Shown one piece after another: positions 21,966 to 35,227 of a stretch of 64,000 nt of DNA. The number at the start of each line of letters is the position of its first letter. Position 1 is the stretch's first letter. The stretch lies in NCBI GenBank assembly GCA_043228905.1, contig JBHGNT010000014.1:13206001-13270000 (forward strand), written 5' to 3'. The DNA is from Azolla caroliniana. Its lineage: Eukaryota > Plantae > Polypodiophyta. The notes below the pieces were generated by a model, which saw only the letters and a list, made by a program, of their open reading frames with translations, did not search any database and was not told where the DNA came from. Both the position numbers and the translations under genes were made by a program.

Positions 21966-22756
21966 CCAAATTATTGTACCAAATGAAAAAAAAAATGTGA
22001 TTGAAGAAGAGATGAAGATTTAATAGAAAATTGTACTTGAATCCTAGTCGAGCCTCCAAGAATTGTCACATAATTGTCTCCAATTAGTTGGTCATACATA
22101 TCTAATGAGATGTTCATGGTAATCTAATTCACTTTTATGTGTTATGTGCATAACCATAACTTATCATGAGATAGGTTTTCCATAGTTTTCTTTAATCCTA
22201 CGATGAGTACATGTGTGTAAGTACAAAACGAATTAAGGTTATGAATTGAATTACTATTTGACGGTATGAGATAACTATAGAGTGTGTTACCATTTGACTA
22301 TTTCACATGAAGTAGTCAAGTTTATGAACAAACCAAGGCCTAGGGTTTCTACCTAGATAAGAATGCTAGCTACCTTCTTATCAAGGGAGTCGTGGTCAAT
22401 GTGGTCATGGCTTTTGTTACCTAAGCACATGTGATCTTAGTGGAACCCAAACTACAACTCACATCACATGAAGAATACTTATTGAGGTTGTGATAAAGGT
22501 CATGGAGATGAAGGAGATGGTCGGTTTCGACATGGGAGAGGATAGTTGTGGGCTAACCAAGGTGGCCCACCACGTTTTATTCCAAGGTGGAGACTAGGTT
22601 AAAGGAAAACAAAGGAAAATTGTTCTCATTAGGGAACTCGAGGACATGGTCACATTCAAACGAAGGATAAAGTTCTATGTTCATTACATGTACAATGTCT
22701 CATGTCATTCCTTTTTTGTCTTTCACTACCCTTAGTTGTGGTTTTCAAAGGTCATC

Positions 22757-23087
22757 ATGGCTACAACCATTGTAATGTTTTTTCGTCTAATCATTTCATC
22801 ATGCATATTTTGTTCTACTAATGAAGAATATTTTTTGTTTTCGAAAAAAACAACTACAACTCACATCAATACTAGATGGTATGGGACATCAAGGAGGTTT
22901 GGGTTTTTTCACACCATCGATATGGCTACAACCATTGTAATGTTTTTTTCGTCTAATCATTTTGTCATGTATATTTTGTTCTACTAATGAAGAATATTTT
23001 TTGTTTTGGAAAAAAAAAACTACAACTCACGTCAATACTAGATGGTATGGGACATCGAGGAGGTTTGGTTTTTTTCACGCCATTGAT
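22757..23087. repeat. ~165-bp tandem duplication
   Basis: ATGGCTACAACCATTGTAATGTTTTTTCGTCTAATCAT...TACTAGATGGTATGGGACATC occurs twice. Confidence 0.9.
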
Positions 23088-24131
23088 AGGGGATGGTTGA
23101 CATGTGGTTTTGCACCCTTCTTTTCTTTCTTTCACCTATTTTTCCTTATATTTTGCTTGCTGATTAGTTAGACTCTTAACAACGTTGAGACTCATGTCAT
23201 CACTTGAGACTTTTCCCAAGAACTCGGGTTTTCAATTGTCACTATTGGTAGCTAGATGATGACCTTTACCTATAACACCCGATCCAAATCGTTTGACTTT
23301 TGTCTTTTGACTAAGTCAAAGAAAATTGATTTGGTGTCTTAGGTTTGCAATTTGGGGCACCAAGTCCAAGCAAGGTTCTATTGTAGACCTAAAAATAGAA
23401 ATGTTGGTAGCATTGGCCCCAAAAGTGGAGTCTCGGTCTTGTTGGTGGGAATAGTGGCAAGCATTGGCCGAGGTTAGCGATATGCCAACCTTAGAGAGGT
23501 GTCGCTTATACGGCGAAGGGCTAGAAAAACCCATTGTATGTGAAGAGCATCATGATACATGGTTTCATCTTCTTTACATTTACTAGAAACTTCGTGAAAA
23601 TACACCCGTTAACCAAACACGAAGAGACGCATATTGCCCCATATTATTTAAAACTAATATAATTTAAAACTACTTTTGCATTATCTTTATTGGGGAAACA
23701 AACCCAACACCCATGTGTACAGGGAAACATTAATATATAGGAGTCCGAATTACATAAATAAATTCTTTCACTTTACCATCTCCAAGCTTTCATTGTAGAT
23801 TAAATGTAGAAGGTATACTCGGTGGGTACATGAAAGTCTATAAGAAAGAATTAACATGCATTGCCATGTAATTCAAGAACACTCCAAACACATGAGTACA
23901 TATAACCAATGACTTGGAGCACCAACTCTTAGATCACATGGCTGTCTCCGATAGTTCTACTACTTACTTATTAGAAGAAAAAAAGCAACACAAACCGTGC
24001 ATATGAATGCCATAGTTTTTTGTTGTAGAGCCAATTGTGGTGGATGTTTCATTTCTTTTATTTATCATAAGTACATCCAATCCATCCATCCATTCTACTC
24101 GTTCCTCCATGCCATTTTGGAGTGATTTTAG

Positions 24132-25159
24132 TTAGAAGAGGGTGGTGATGTCCCGGCCGGGGATGCATCCGCTGTCGGACGTCTTCTTCAGGCCGTCGCC
24201 GTACGGGAACAGCGTGGATGCCAGGTCAGCCACCTCCGCCCTGCTGGCATTCAGTGACGTGGCGAGCGCACGTGCCGGCACCTGGAACAGCGCCAGGCTG
24301 GCGGACTGCATGCACACACACACACACACACACACACACGTATCATACACACAAAAAACATATATAAGATGATAAGCTTGTTGAAACACAAGCAAGAGAC
24401 ATATGAAGAATGAAGGAATGAGGAGCTAATGAACCAACCAGTGTGCCCGGGTTCTGGCTGTTAAGGGCGGAGATGTAGTCGGCCGTCACTTTGCCGACAT
24501 TGATCTCGAAATGCAGGAGCCCGCGTGGGAAGAGCGTGACATCGCCCGGGTACAGAATGTTGATGTGTGGAGTCCCTATTTGTTTTTGATGAAAAATTCA
24601 ATCATTAAAAATTAGATGATATGAGGAATCCATCTAATTTAAATGCCTAGTAACACTACTAGAGAAGAATAATTTTAAAAACATTTGTTTCAAACTTGTG
24701 CGCACCCGAGGTGTCGACGAATCCGACTTGGAGTGGTCCCCCGGATATGAGCGTGAGGATCTCGGTCGCACGCGGGTGAGTATGCGGCAGGTTCACACCG
24801 CACGGCACCATGTTGAACCGCACGTACGTGATCCCCTCCGACCTAAAACAAAATATAAGGAACCATCAGTCACTATAAAGATAGAGGAGCATGTTAAAGG
24901 GCTTAGGTGTTAGAAGAAGGAATGTCGTATATTACATGGTGAGGGGTAGGTTGGTGATGTTAACCGCGGCCCTAATACCTCCACTGTCTCGTGTGACGGC
25001 ACCATTAGTTAACAAATCTCGGAGGACGAATTGACTCTCGGGTGCGGTCGTGGGGATGTCCACCAACGGATCCGGATCTGCTCCATTAACCATTGTCATC
25101 ATAACCACCATCATTATAGTGGTGAAACCCAAGATGGGGATCAACGCATTCATGGCCAT
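24132..25159 (-). CDS. Germin-like/spherulin-like cupin, 4 exons (25159-24936, 24842-24706, 24575-24439, 24305-24132), 223 aa, signal peptide
   Basis: All GT-AG junctions keep frame; DPDPL after the signal peptide, PCGVNLPHTHPRATE germin box 1, GDVTLFPRGLLHFEIN box 2, ALNSQNPG. Confidence 0.93.
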
Positions 25160-25730
25160 AATAATTAGAATTTAGGACTATGAAATAAGAATTGAAACGG
25201 AAAGTATGCTAGGATATAGATAGATAAGTCACTAAGACCAATCAAATATTTTACTCAAGAATGTTGGTTACTCTTGCTTCTGCTGTTTCACTTAGCAACA
25301 ATGCCATTTTATACCCATATATTTATATTTATAATTGCGTGTGCGCGTGTGTGGATTGCTCAGTCATGATAGTCTCCAAATAGAAAACATAATTAGTCTC
25401 CACATGAACAATCCTAGTCTAGTCTTTGTCACTCTTTGAATGGTTTTACATTTACCGTGTGGCCCATCCCATGTCTAATTGTTATTCTTTCCCTAGGGAA
25501 CCTCCATCTCTATATTAATTCATTTTCCTGATGGCACATAAACAAGTCGGTATTATTTGACGCGGTTTTTTTTGTTTGTTCCATAATAATTCTAGCTACG
25601 AGTTTTATGTCAAGCTAATGTTGCACCTACATGTGTTGGCCATTATTCGACTTCCAAAGGTTTTTAAGAAGAAGAAGAAGTGTATTAGTGCCTCTAAAGA
25701 GGTCATGCAGTTGTAAAACTTGCTCTCTTA

Positions 25731-25803
25731 TTTCACAAATGTAATTTAACTAAAAATGATATTTCACAAATGTAATTTAACTAAAAATGATATTTCACAA
25801 ATG
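25731..25803. repeat. 31-bp tandem repeat (~2.3 copies)
   Basis: TATTTCACAAATGTAATTTAACTAAAAATGA repeated. Confidence 0.85.
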
Positions 25804-27076
25804 CTTCTAAATGATATTGGCTCTTATATAGTTATGGGGAATGTCTCATTCTTTTCCATGGTCGTATGGGGCCTTTCTTATATCCAAGTTCCTCATCTCT
25901 CTCTACCACAACTTACAAGTTCATTTGCATGTCATGTACTCTATTTGATCATATATTCGTTGTGGGGTATGTGGTATGTGGGTTAAACAAGGTCAATGTC
26001 TATGTGCTCCTCTTATATTGGGTATGAAAGTGGCATCCTATCTTTCAGTATAGTTTATCTTACTATGTTTCTTAGCAACTAATGAACTCTAATACTTTAT
26101 ATAACTTAATGATATGTGTTGGTTGTGAGAAAATTGATTAATCAGTACCTTGGAATGATGTGAGAGACAATAATAATAACTATATGGATTGTTCATATCA
26201 GAGCTTGGCATGTGATGCTAATGTCTCATTGACGCCAAAAATATTCATTGTTGTCCATTCTAGGATATAATTACCCACCTATTGTAGAGTATCGTTGCAT
26301 AAAATGGAAAAGCTTGTATTACTAATAGTAATAACCAAGGGACAAAATACACAACGTTTACTTAGGTGGGAATCCTATTTGGTCCATTACAAGATAAACT
26401 ATATACACACATTCTAATCAACCCACAACACGTTAGCGTTCAAAAGTGGAAGGATCGCACACAATTGGAAGGATAAGGAATATTCCGTTTGATTTTAAGG
26501 TTTTTTTAACCTTCTCACAAAACATGTGATACTTGTATGACATGTCCTCCAAGACTCATCATTTCATAAAACTAAAAATTCACAAAATTAGGCAAATTTC
26601 ACAAATTTAAGCCATGTTTTTTACCGTAAAATTAACAACTCAGGCTTTTTTATAACAAACAATATTCACAAGGAGCGATTGATGTAAAAACAATTAAGCT
26701 TTATATCATTCGAGTTCTTACAAGCTTATATTGTTAATTGTTCATGCCAAAAATACAATCAAGTGTTATTCCTCTCATAAGAATCACTACTATAGAGCCT
26801 AGTATACAATGTTGACTCATCTTCCCCATCATTAGATGTACCAATCAAAGTATTTTCTTCATCTAAAACCAAATGTTGCGACTCCAAATAATGTGTAGAA
26901 GATCTGGTCCGCCTTCGATCTGAGAAGTCTTGTAGAAGTGGCAATCTCTCTCTCTCTCTCCTGCATACTATTTATTCTCAAGCTTTCAATTAAACCTTGT
27001 CTCTATTTTCTATTGCTATTTGGCTAAGCCGGTTTGTCTAAGCTTCCGCACATTAACTTTCACAATAATAACACCC

Positions 27077-27108
<32 letters not shown>

Positions 27109-27343
27109 AATAATACCCAAAAGAGACCAAGCCTTTGATGATTTTGTTCCTATAATTTAAATCACCAAGCCAGCATGTGAATCGCAAATCGTGTAGGTAG
27201 ACATCCATGATGTTGCATGGACTATTCATTGCCTTTAATGGCCCTTGATTGTTGTTTCATGCATTTAAATGAGAGTATAGCAAACAGCATGGTCACTATT
27301 TGATACAGAAACATTAAATAGTAAGAGCCCGTGAATCTAGGGC

Positions 27344-27395
27344 TTGGACGGCCCTGAACTCATCTCAGGAATCCTAGATGATCAGGGCCGTCCAA
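27344..27395. repeat. GC-rich inverted repeat / hairpin
   Basis: TTGGACGGCCCTGA...TCAGGGCCGTCCAA perfect 14-bp arms plus inner TCATCT/AGATGA and AGGA/TCCT. Confidence 0.85.
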
Positions 27396-29381
27396 TATTG
27401 TTCATCTAAAGAAAAAGGAAAAGGAAAAAGTAAGAAGATAAAAAATAAAAAAAATTTAAGTAAATATAGGAAAGAGAACTTTTGGGGGGATTTTTGAACG
27501 TGCCTCCTCCAGTGTTGGGAAAAGTTTATAACCCCTACCGGAAATTTTCCTGCTGCATATGATCCTAACCAGAAATTAAAAATTTTAACCGGCCACTTTC
27601 CTACTAGTGATAATGTCAACCGGAACATGCTAAAAAAACATTTTTAGCACATACCAAATTTTTTTAGCACAATATGAGGTTGCAACATAGATAGAGGACA
27701 TTATATAAAGCAAATGTGCTCTCTCCCCTTCTCTCCATATACATATGGACATAGAGAGTCAACTAATCATTATGTTGTCCTAGATAATATATATCAAAGT
27801 ATCCGCACCACATGAGATCATTTGAGTTCAATTGACAAAACCCTCCCCCCTTGATAATAGAAGCATTGTTCCATCAGTCCAAAACAATTACCGATACCAC
27901 TAAATCCATACATACTAGTTATGATTTAGTGAGTTCTAACATTATAGTCGAAAGTTTGTTATTGGCCAGCTCTCACAAATGTAAAAAAGGTCAAGGCAAA
28001 AGAATGGTACTACAAAGAAAAACAAATATACAGAAGCTAAACATGTGGATATCGATAGCTATGCAAACGTAATAAATTCCAATATATATACGTAGTCCAA
28101 GTAAGATAACATACAATACATAGCACATAGCAATAAAAAAAGAGTCACCATCATTTCCATCTTTTCTAGAAACCAAAGGAAATGGCTTTCGAAGTGTGCA
28201 TCTTTTCCAAGGGTAATTTGAGAAACAACTATTAAGATTCAAGAAACAATTTCTAAATTCATGGATTACAAGGAAGAAATTATAGCAGACTCTTGTTGTG
28301 GTACATAGTATATATGCACCCTTAGATTCAGATTCATTTTCACTCTCAGTATCAAAAAATTTGTCTTCTTCATGTTCATCAGCACTGAAGTCATCTCCAA
28401 TTGACTTAATGTTAGCCACTTTTTCATCACCATCCAAGGCCATAGAAGTTGCATCATTAATGATGTCAGGTAAATTAAAACAGCGGCCAATCTTTCACAT
28501 ATAAGAAAAGGGAATTCAAATATGTCAGAACACATAGAAGGGAAACCTAAACTTCCACAGAACATAAAACGAAACCATAACTACCTTTCACTAGTTCATA
28601 AGACAAAACCATATTTATCTTCACAAATTACCCGTAGCCAACCCTAACATTTCTTTCATGGAAAGAAAAATGCATCCCTAATTCCAGAGAATTAAATAAA
28701 ACACGAGCACTTTTCAGCTTGATATAATAAAAAGAAACCTTAATTATCTTCTAGGAAACACAAAAGGAATCCCTAAATATCTTTCACGGATTGAAAGGAA
28801 GCTCTAAACTTACAACCGTTGTCCACAGAGGTAACCATATGCATAAATAAAGCAAGTCTTTCCAATGGACAAAACACAATAGCGAGCACCAATCTTTCAT
28901 AGAGAACAAGACGAACACCGGATCATCTTTCACAAATTGAAAACGAGACCCATAACCTTTCAAAACTCAAGCAATTATAGAAGAAGGAAAGCATAACATT
29001 TCACAGAGAGTACTTACAGACCTTTCATAGAAAGAAAAATGATACCTTAATCTTCCTAAACTCAACGAAAATCCAGCTATTATAGACCTAGATTTTGCAA
29101 TCGATGAGATGGGAGATACTTTTGTTGGGGGGAGAGTAGTAGTAACATATCAAGGGAGAGGTGTGAGTGCACAAAGAGAGAGAGAGATACCTTAGAACAA
29201 CGAGCTGGAGATGTCACGCAATCGGCGAGCAGGGAGCAGGGAGCGGCAAGCTTCGAGCAGCGATCAGAAGGAAAACATGGAGCAGTTGTTGCTAGTGATT
29301 GTCAGTTGTGGGTTCGAAACCCAACTTCCTCACCTCTCTATTATATACTTCTTATATATCTCTTAATTCACTAGATGCCAT

Positions 29382-29450
29382 TGTGAAATATAGGGGTCGA
29401 ACCCATGACCACCTAGTCTCCATTGGGCAACCTTACCAACTAAGCTACAT
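29382..29450 (-). mobile_element. tRNA-derived (SINE-head-like) sequence
   Basis: Minus-strand A-box TAGCTTAGTTGG (29447-29436) and B-box GGTTCGACCCC (29403-29393); no intact cloverleaf. Confidence 0.6.
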
Positions 29451-29483
29451 CCATCTGGGCTCTCTCTTTCTTTCTCTCTCTCT

Positions 29484-29542
29484 ACATACTTCCACTATGG
29501 GCTTCAACCTTCCTCTATGTGCTTCTTCGGCCTCCAATTTCA

Positions 29543-29621
<79 letters not shown>

Positions 29622-29682
29622 CATACTTCCACTATGGGCTTCAACCTTCCTCTACGTGCTTCTTCGGCCTCCAATTTCAACC
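29484..29682. repeat. ~62-bp direct repeat flanking a long (CT)n microsatellite
   Basis: CATACTTCCACTATGGGCTTCAACCTTCCTCTA.GTGCTTCTTCGGCCTCCAATTTCAACCT twice around (CT)n 29544-29616. Confidence 0.9.
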
Positions 29683-30929
29683 TTTCGGTGGAACAACAGG
29701 CAGAGTTCATGAACGGCAGCTAAGAAAGTAAGTAGTTTTCTATTATTCTTTCCATTTTGGTCATGTTTGGGGTGTTTTAAATGACGAAGTGGCAACAAAC
29801 ATTAGAGATTGAAATATAAGAATTGATCGCATGTTCATGAGCTAATGTTTTCTTGCAACATTTAGCTTTAAGCTTTCATTTCACCTTCTCCTTTCTCGTC
29901 TTTGTCTTCTCATTCTCTTGAGGTTTATTGGTTACAAGAAAAGAGTTATAACCATACTTCTTCATCTTTCCTCCATTGATATGGTGATAAGATACGGTTA
30001 TATCAAAGGTGTTATTTACAATATAGATAGAATGCCTTGAGCATAGATACAATTCAAGTAATGACTACTAGCGAGTTCATGAACAGCCGGTAAGAAATTA
30101 GGTATTTTTCTGTTATTCTTTCCATTTTGGTCATGTTCAAGGTGTTTTGTAAGATATCATGGCAACATTGCAATCATTGTGATAGCATGTTGCCCTTAAA
30201 TCATAATCATAGTGATATCTCGATTGCTATGAAAACTTTGAAGGGCCAACGTATATTGATTGATGATGGGGGTAGAGTGCATAACAAGTGCTACAATTGT
30301 TGATGTTCATTACCCAAATGTTGTGGGAGAACGATGGTTCACAATAATAAATAGTGATGGAGTATCTCACTAATATTTATGCTTCAAAAGTTAGAATTCT
30401 TGCAACATAGATTTGTTGTTTAAATATATTTGTTCAAACTTTGGTGCAATTCAGTTTTGCTAGGTTTGATTCTCATTCCTAAATCCATGTTTTTACTTAT
30501 TCCTATAGTCATATTTGTTAATTGTTGAATGGTAACCTTGTTTGGTGCCTTTTGTAGGGTCCATGGACATGAGAAAAGGCATATGCCTTTTTGCAACTAG
30601 TGTGGTCGAGATTCTTCTCATCTGATATTTGACTAAGCTACGTACAATTGTTCACAATAACAAATAGTTTTGGAACATTGTATCTTCACTTTTCAACATT
30701 TGTAAAAATTATACTCAAACAACATATCTTTTTTCAATATATGATCCTTGAGGAAACTTGTGTTCCATTTGATTATGTGTGTCTCTTGATTGATTGTGGT
30801 ATTTTTCAAAAAACTATAATATGTAAGTGTTGAATTATGTTGAATTAGCAAGAAGGAAATTTGAATTAGCCATTTTGTTGGGTTTTTTCTATTCTTCCAA
30901 GTCTATAATCATATGAAATTCCATTTTGA

Positions 30930-32328
30930 AAGCATGTGGTATTGTGGGATATATGCTGCATGGCTTAATACATTGGAAGAGGAAGAAGTAACAACCTCTG
31001 AAATTGCGTGGACAGGTCTTATAGATGCTGAAAACTGTTTAATTGGCATTAAGGGAATGAAAGTAGAATCGACCGAGGTATGCTACTACAAACTAGAGCA
31101 CGGAAGGGCAAGAGGTGAGCAACCAGTCTTTCAAAGAGAAAAGCCGATTAGGCTGATCGTAAAAACTGGCAAGAATATGATTATTGACCCTAAGCCAAGG
31201 GAGATCACACCGGCGACAGTGTGTTGGCCTATAGAAGGGCATTTGGATCAGTTATCATGGGACCCAACCAGGTATTTTTGGAGAACTCAAGGACAAACTG
31301 ATGGGGAAAAGCTGGTCCAATTTTTCAGGTATAACACGAAGATTGGGAGGCAAATTCTTCTAGAACAAAAACATGACAAGGTTGCGGCAAGGAAATTTTG
31401 GATGCAGGAGGGCATAAGTGAAAGGAGACTAGATCAATTCTGGAAAATGATATGGCATGACAAATATGACCGCAAGATAATGATGTGTTTATGGCTTATT
31501 GCACATAGAGCCTTGCCGGTAGGGACGTGGGGTAAAGGCCCCAATGTAGACCCTCGATGTACTGCATGTGGACAGATAGAAAGCATCTCCCATTGTCTAT
31601 GGGAATGTCGTGATGCAATGGTTGTATGGGGAAGGGCACTTCGTTTGCTTTGCCATGCCTCTAGTTCGTTCACCCTCAACTGGGGACATGCTTGTTGGAT
31701 GTGTCTTGATGTTGATGTGGCGACATACGATAGCACATGCAATGCTAAGTACAGAGGGGAGAATGGCATTGTTCGGCTGATCCCTAACAACGGGGTACCT
31801 ACAACTTGTGTACAGAATCAAAAACTTGAAGATCTTTGGATGTTGCTTGCCCCCATTACTATATGGCATATATGGACAGCAAGGTGTACCAGGGTATTTT
31901 CCGCACACAAACGCCCTCCAGCTGAATCGATTAAGCTAATTTGGCACACACTCATAACTACACTAAGAGCTCAATATGAGCAGATTAATGGTACTAATGA
32001 TGTTGCAGACCTAATGAGGCTGAATTTTCGAAAAAGATGGTGTACGACACCGATGGCCGCAGCAAATGGAATGGATATACTATGGAAGTATGATGTACCC
32101 AGATGGTTGTTTCCCCCTCCCATTAGTTGAACGAGGGGCGTGAAAGACATGGCAAGTGGGATAGTGAAGGTAGGTGATGTATCTGAAAGGATGGCTTGAG
32201 TCATATGTAAAAGTGTAAGATAAATAAGTGAGATCTCGTATGTAGGCTAGGATAATCTTGGCACGGCCTACCTGAGAAAGGGATCGTGTTCATGTATATT
32301 TTAACTAATGGAGTATATTCTTTTTTGG

Positions 32329-32363
<35 letters not shown>
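30930..32363 (+). mobile_element. 5'-truncated LINE (L1-like): ORF2 C-terminus with zf-RVT, 3' UTR and poly(A)
   Basis: Open frame to 32130 with WLIAHRALPVG...CTACGQIESISHCLWEC and IWHIWTARC; 35-nt poly(A) 32329-32363; 5' end approximate, TSD not found. Confidence 0.85.
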
Positions 32364-32365
<2 letters not shown>

Positions 32366-32962
32366 AGTAATGGGTTTGATAAAGATTGAGCTATACAAAA
32401 TGCTAGTTTGAAATGCATCCAGAGTGTGAAAATATATGTTCTATTACATCTTATGAGTTCAAACTCAATTATTTATGGGTTCATGAAAAGTTGACGAGCA
32501 TTATTGCCTAGCATTTGTATTGTCCTCATGTTTTAATATATACACTGCTTTTTTTCTCTTGATCTTTTCCTTCAATATTGTTTGCAATATATTTGTCCCC
32601 TCAATTTCTTTCACATTTACATACATGGATTTGCATGTGCATGTAAGCTAATGTGAGCCTTCCTCTTTCTTCTTTATTTTTTGATAGATTGGAAGATCCA
32701 TAGTGGAAACTATCCTTTATTGTCTCATAATCTTCCATATATCCCAGGTATTTTAATCTTTTTATTGTATTTAGAATAGATGGAAACTTTGTAAATTTGA
32801 TCTAATTTGTGGATTACATGGATTGTGTATATGTGTTTCCCCTTCTTATAAATGGAATCATATATTATGTTAGTCCAGCATACTCTACGTCATGGCCTCT
32901 TGATTGCCCATCTCATCTTTGTTTTTTTTTCTAAGTTTCTGAATTTTCTCGGTTTCAAGAGT

Positions 32963-35160
32963 ATGTCTTGCCCAAAAAAATACAACCCACACCAACCTTC
33001 TATCAAGAGTATGTTTTGCAAGGGAGCACATGTTAATGATACTCCAAATAATGAGCAAGAGGTTGTTACAAATGCAAATGGGTCAATAGCTTCTTCTAAT
33101 AAACAAAAAAGGAAGTGGAGAAACCAGTGGATTTTGTGTCACCCATGGGCATATGTGACAAAGTCCTTATTAGGTGATGATAAAATCAAATGCATGTAGT
33201 GTAAAGATACAAGAAAAAACAATGTTTTTACAGATGGTGGATCTGAAAGCATGCAAATGTCTTCATTGAATGAACATGCCAAGTCATCCAATCATGTAAT
33301 AGCAAGTGCCATGTATCATGCAAAGATACAAAAGGAAAATGCAAATATGAAAGGCCCAATGGATGACAAAATTTCAGAAATCATGCATTTAGAATATGAG
33401 ATGATACTCTTATGCATGAAGTTGGTTCCTTTTTATGCTTGCAATGATGCAATGATATTCCATTAGAGAAATATGTAAAACAATGTAAGTTACAAAGAGA
33501 ACTTGATACTCCAAATGCCCTTGCCTCAAATGAATATGGTGCTTATGCTAATGTTAAATCAGCAAGAGACTTCTTAATGGCATTTAAGAACCACACAAGG
33601 AAACTCTTGTATGATGAAATTTGTGGAAGCCCATTTTTCTTCATCTTGATTGATGAAAGCACTGATCGTACATTGAAAAAACCCCTCATTATCTATGTCT
33701 TGTACTTAAGTGAAGGTGGCAAAAGGGAGCCACAATTGTAAATTTGTGCGTCTTCTTCCAGTGGAAGATGTGAAAGTTAAAGGTATCTACAATACTATCA
33801 ATGAATTCATTTTGGAGAGCAATTTAGATTTAAAAAAACTTGTGGCTTTTGCAAGTAATGGGGCATCATCTATGATAGGGAAGAACAATGGTGCGATTTC
33901 TAAGTTTCAATCCATGGTGCCTAATATTTTGGGAGTGCATTGCATTGCACATCGTGAAGCACTTGCCATAAAAGATGCATATATAATTTTTCATGCACAT
34001 GTGTTTAGCTTCCTTGATGCATTTGCAAATAAAGTATATTCTTGGTTGGGAAAGTCAACTAATAGACACAAGGAGTTTAAAGAAATAATGAAACGACATG
34101 GTAAGGGTGATTTGAAGGTGCTTAAAATTCACTCCATAAGATGGTTATCTTGAGGCCAAGTAATGGAGAGACTCGTTACACTTATGCTTGCAATTTTAGA
34201 ACAATGGGAAAAACATGAGAAAAAATGGTATGAGTATGCTACTATATTCCAAGTGCAATTTATGTTACACCTATTGGCAGATATTCTTGTGGAATTAAAT
34301 AAATTAAATGAGCAGTTCCAAAGGGAATTAATGGATGTAACTATGCTTGGTGTTCAATTGGATATCATCCATGAGAAACTTCGAAGACGATATTTATCTT
34401 GTGAAACATTTGGCACCGGGTCTATATTTCTTGCAAACTTTCTATCTAATGTGAAAGATGGCATACTCGCATATATTGGATGTGATAATGTTACTCCTTC
34501 ACATCCATTGAAGTTTATACCAACTCCAAACCCAAAGGAGGTAACAAAACGATTAAGAAGACTAATGAGTGGGCCTGATAGTGAGAATGAAGATAACGAT
34601 TTCAACTTGAATATGTTTCATAGTAATGTGGAAAATGGTAGTTTGGATTAATGCATTAGCATTGGAAAAGACTTTGTCCAACATGTCATTGATGCCTTAA
34701 ACAATCGTTTCTCGGATGTTACATTTTTCAATGATGTCAAGTTGTTTAATCCATCTTCATATCCCATTGAGGAAAATGAAAGAGAGAAAAAGACAACTGG
34801 ATGGTTACACAAACTTATTGGGAAGTTTAATATTGACGGGCAAATTGTTGACATGAAAAGATGCTTCAATGATCGGGAAGATTGTGTTGGTATGCTTGTT
34901 AGAATTGCTAAAGGAAGAGGAATGCATGATGCATGAGATATTTGTTGCAAAGCACAATCTTGGTGGCAATTATTTCCGAGTATTATGCAATTGTGGCAAC
35001 TATGTATGACTATTCCTATTAGTACAGATGCATGTGAACAAGGCTTTTCACGTCAAAATATCATAAAAATGATATTAGAAATGGTTTATCTTTGGAAACT
35101 TTAGATGCTTTGATGTTTATATCCTCGAAAGCTCAAGAGACATCAAACATTTGTTGGAGG
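32963..35160 (+). pseudogene. Decayed hAT transposase (ZNF862/TTF zinc-finger type)
   Basis: RKWRNQW..HPW, C..C..H zinc finger, ILIDESTD, ASNGASSMIG, HCIAHREAL, IRWLS, PISTDACEQGFSRQN dimerisation motif; many stops and frameshifts. Confidence 0.88.
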
Positions 35161-35191
35161 GGTATATTTATATCCTCCAATATTTTGAAGA

Positions 35192-35227
<36 letters not shown>

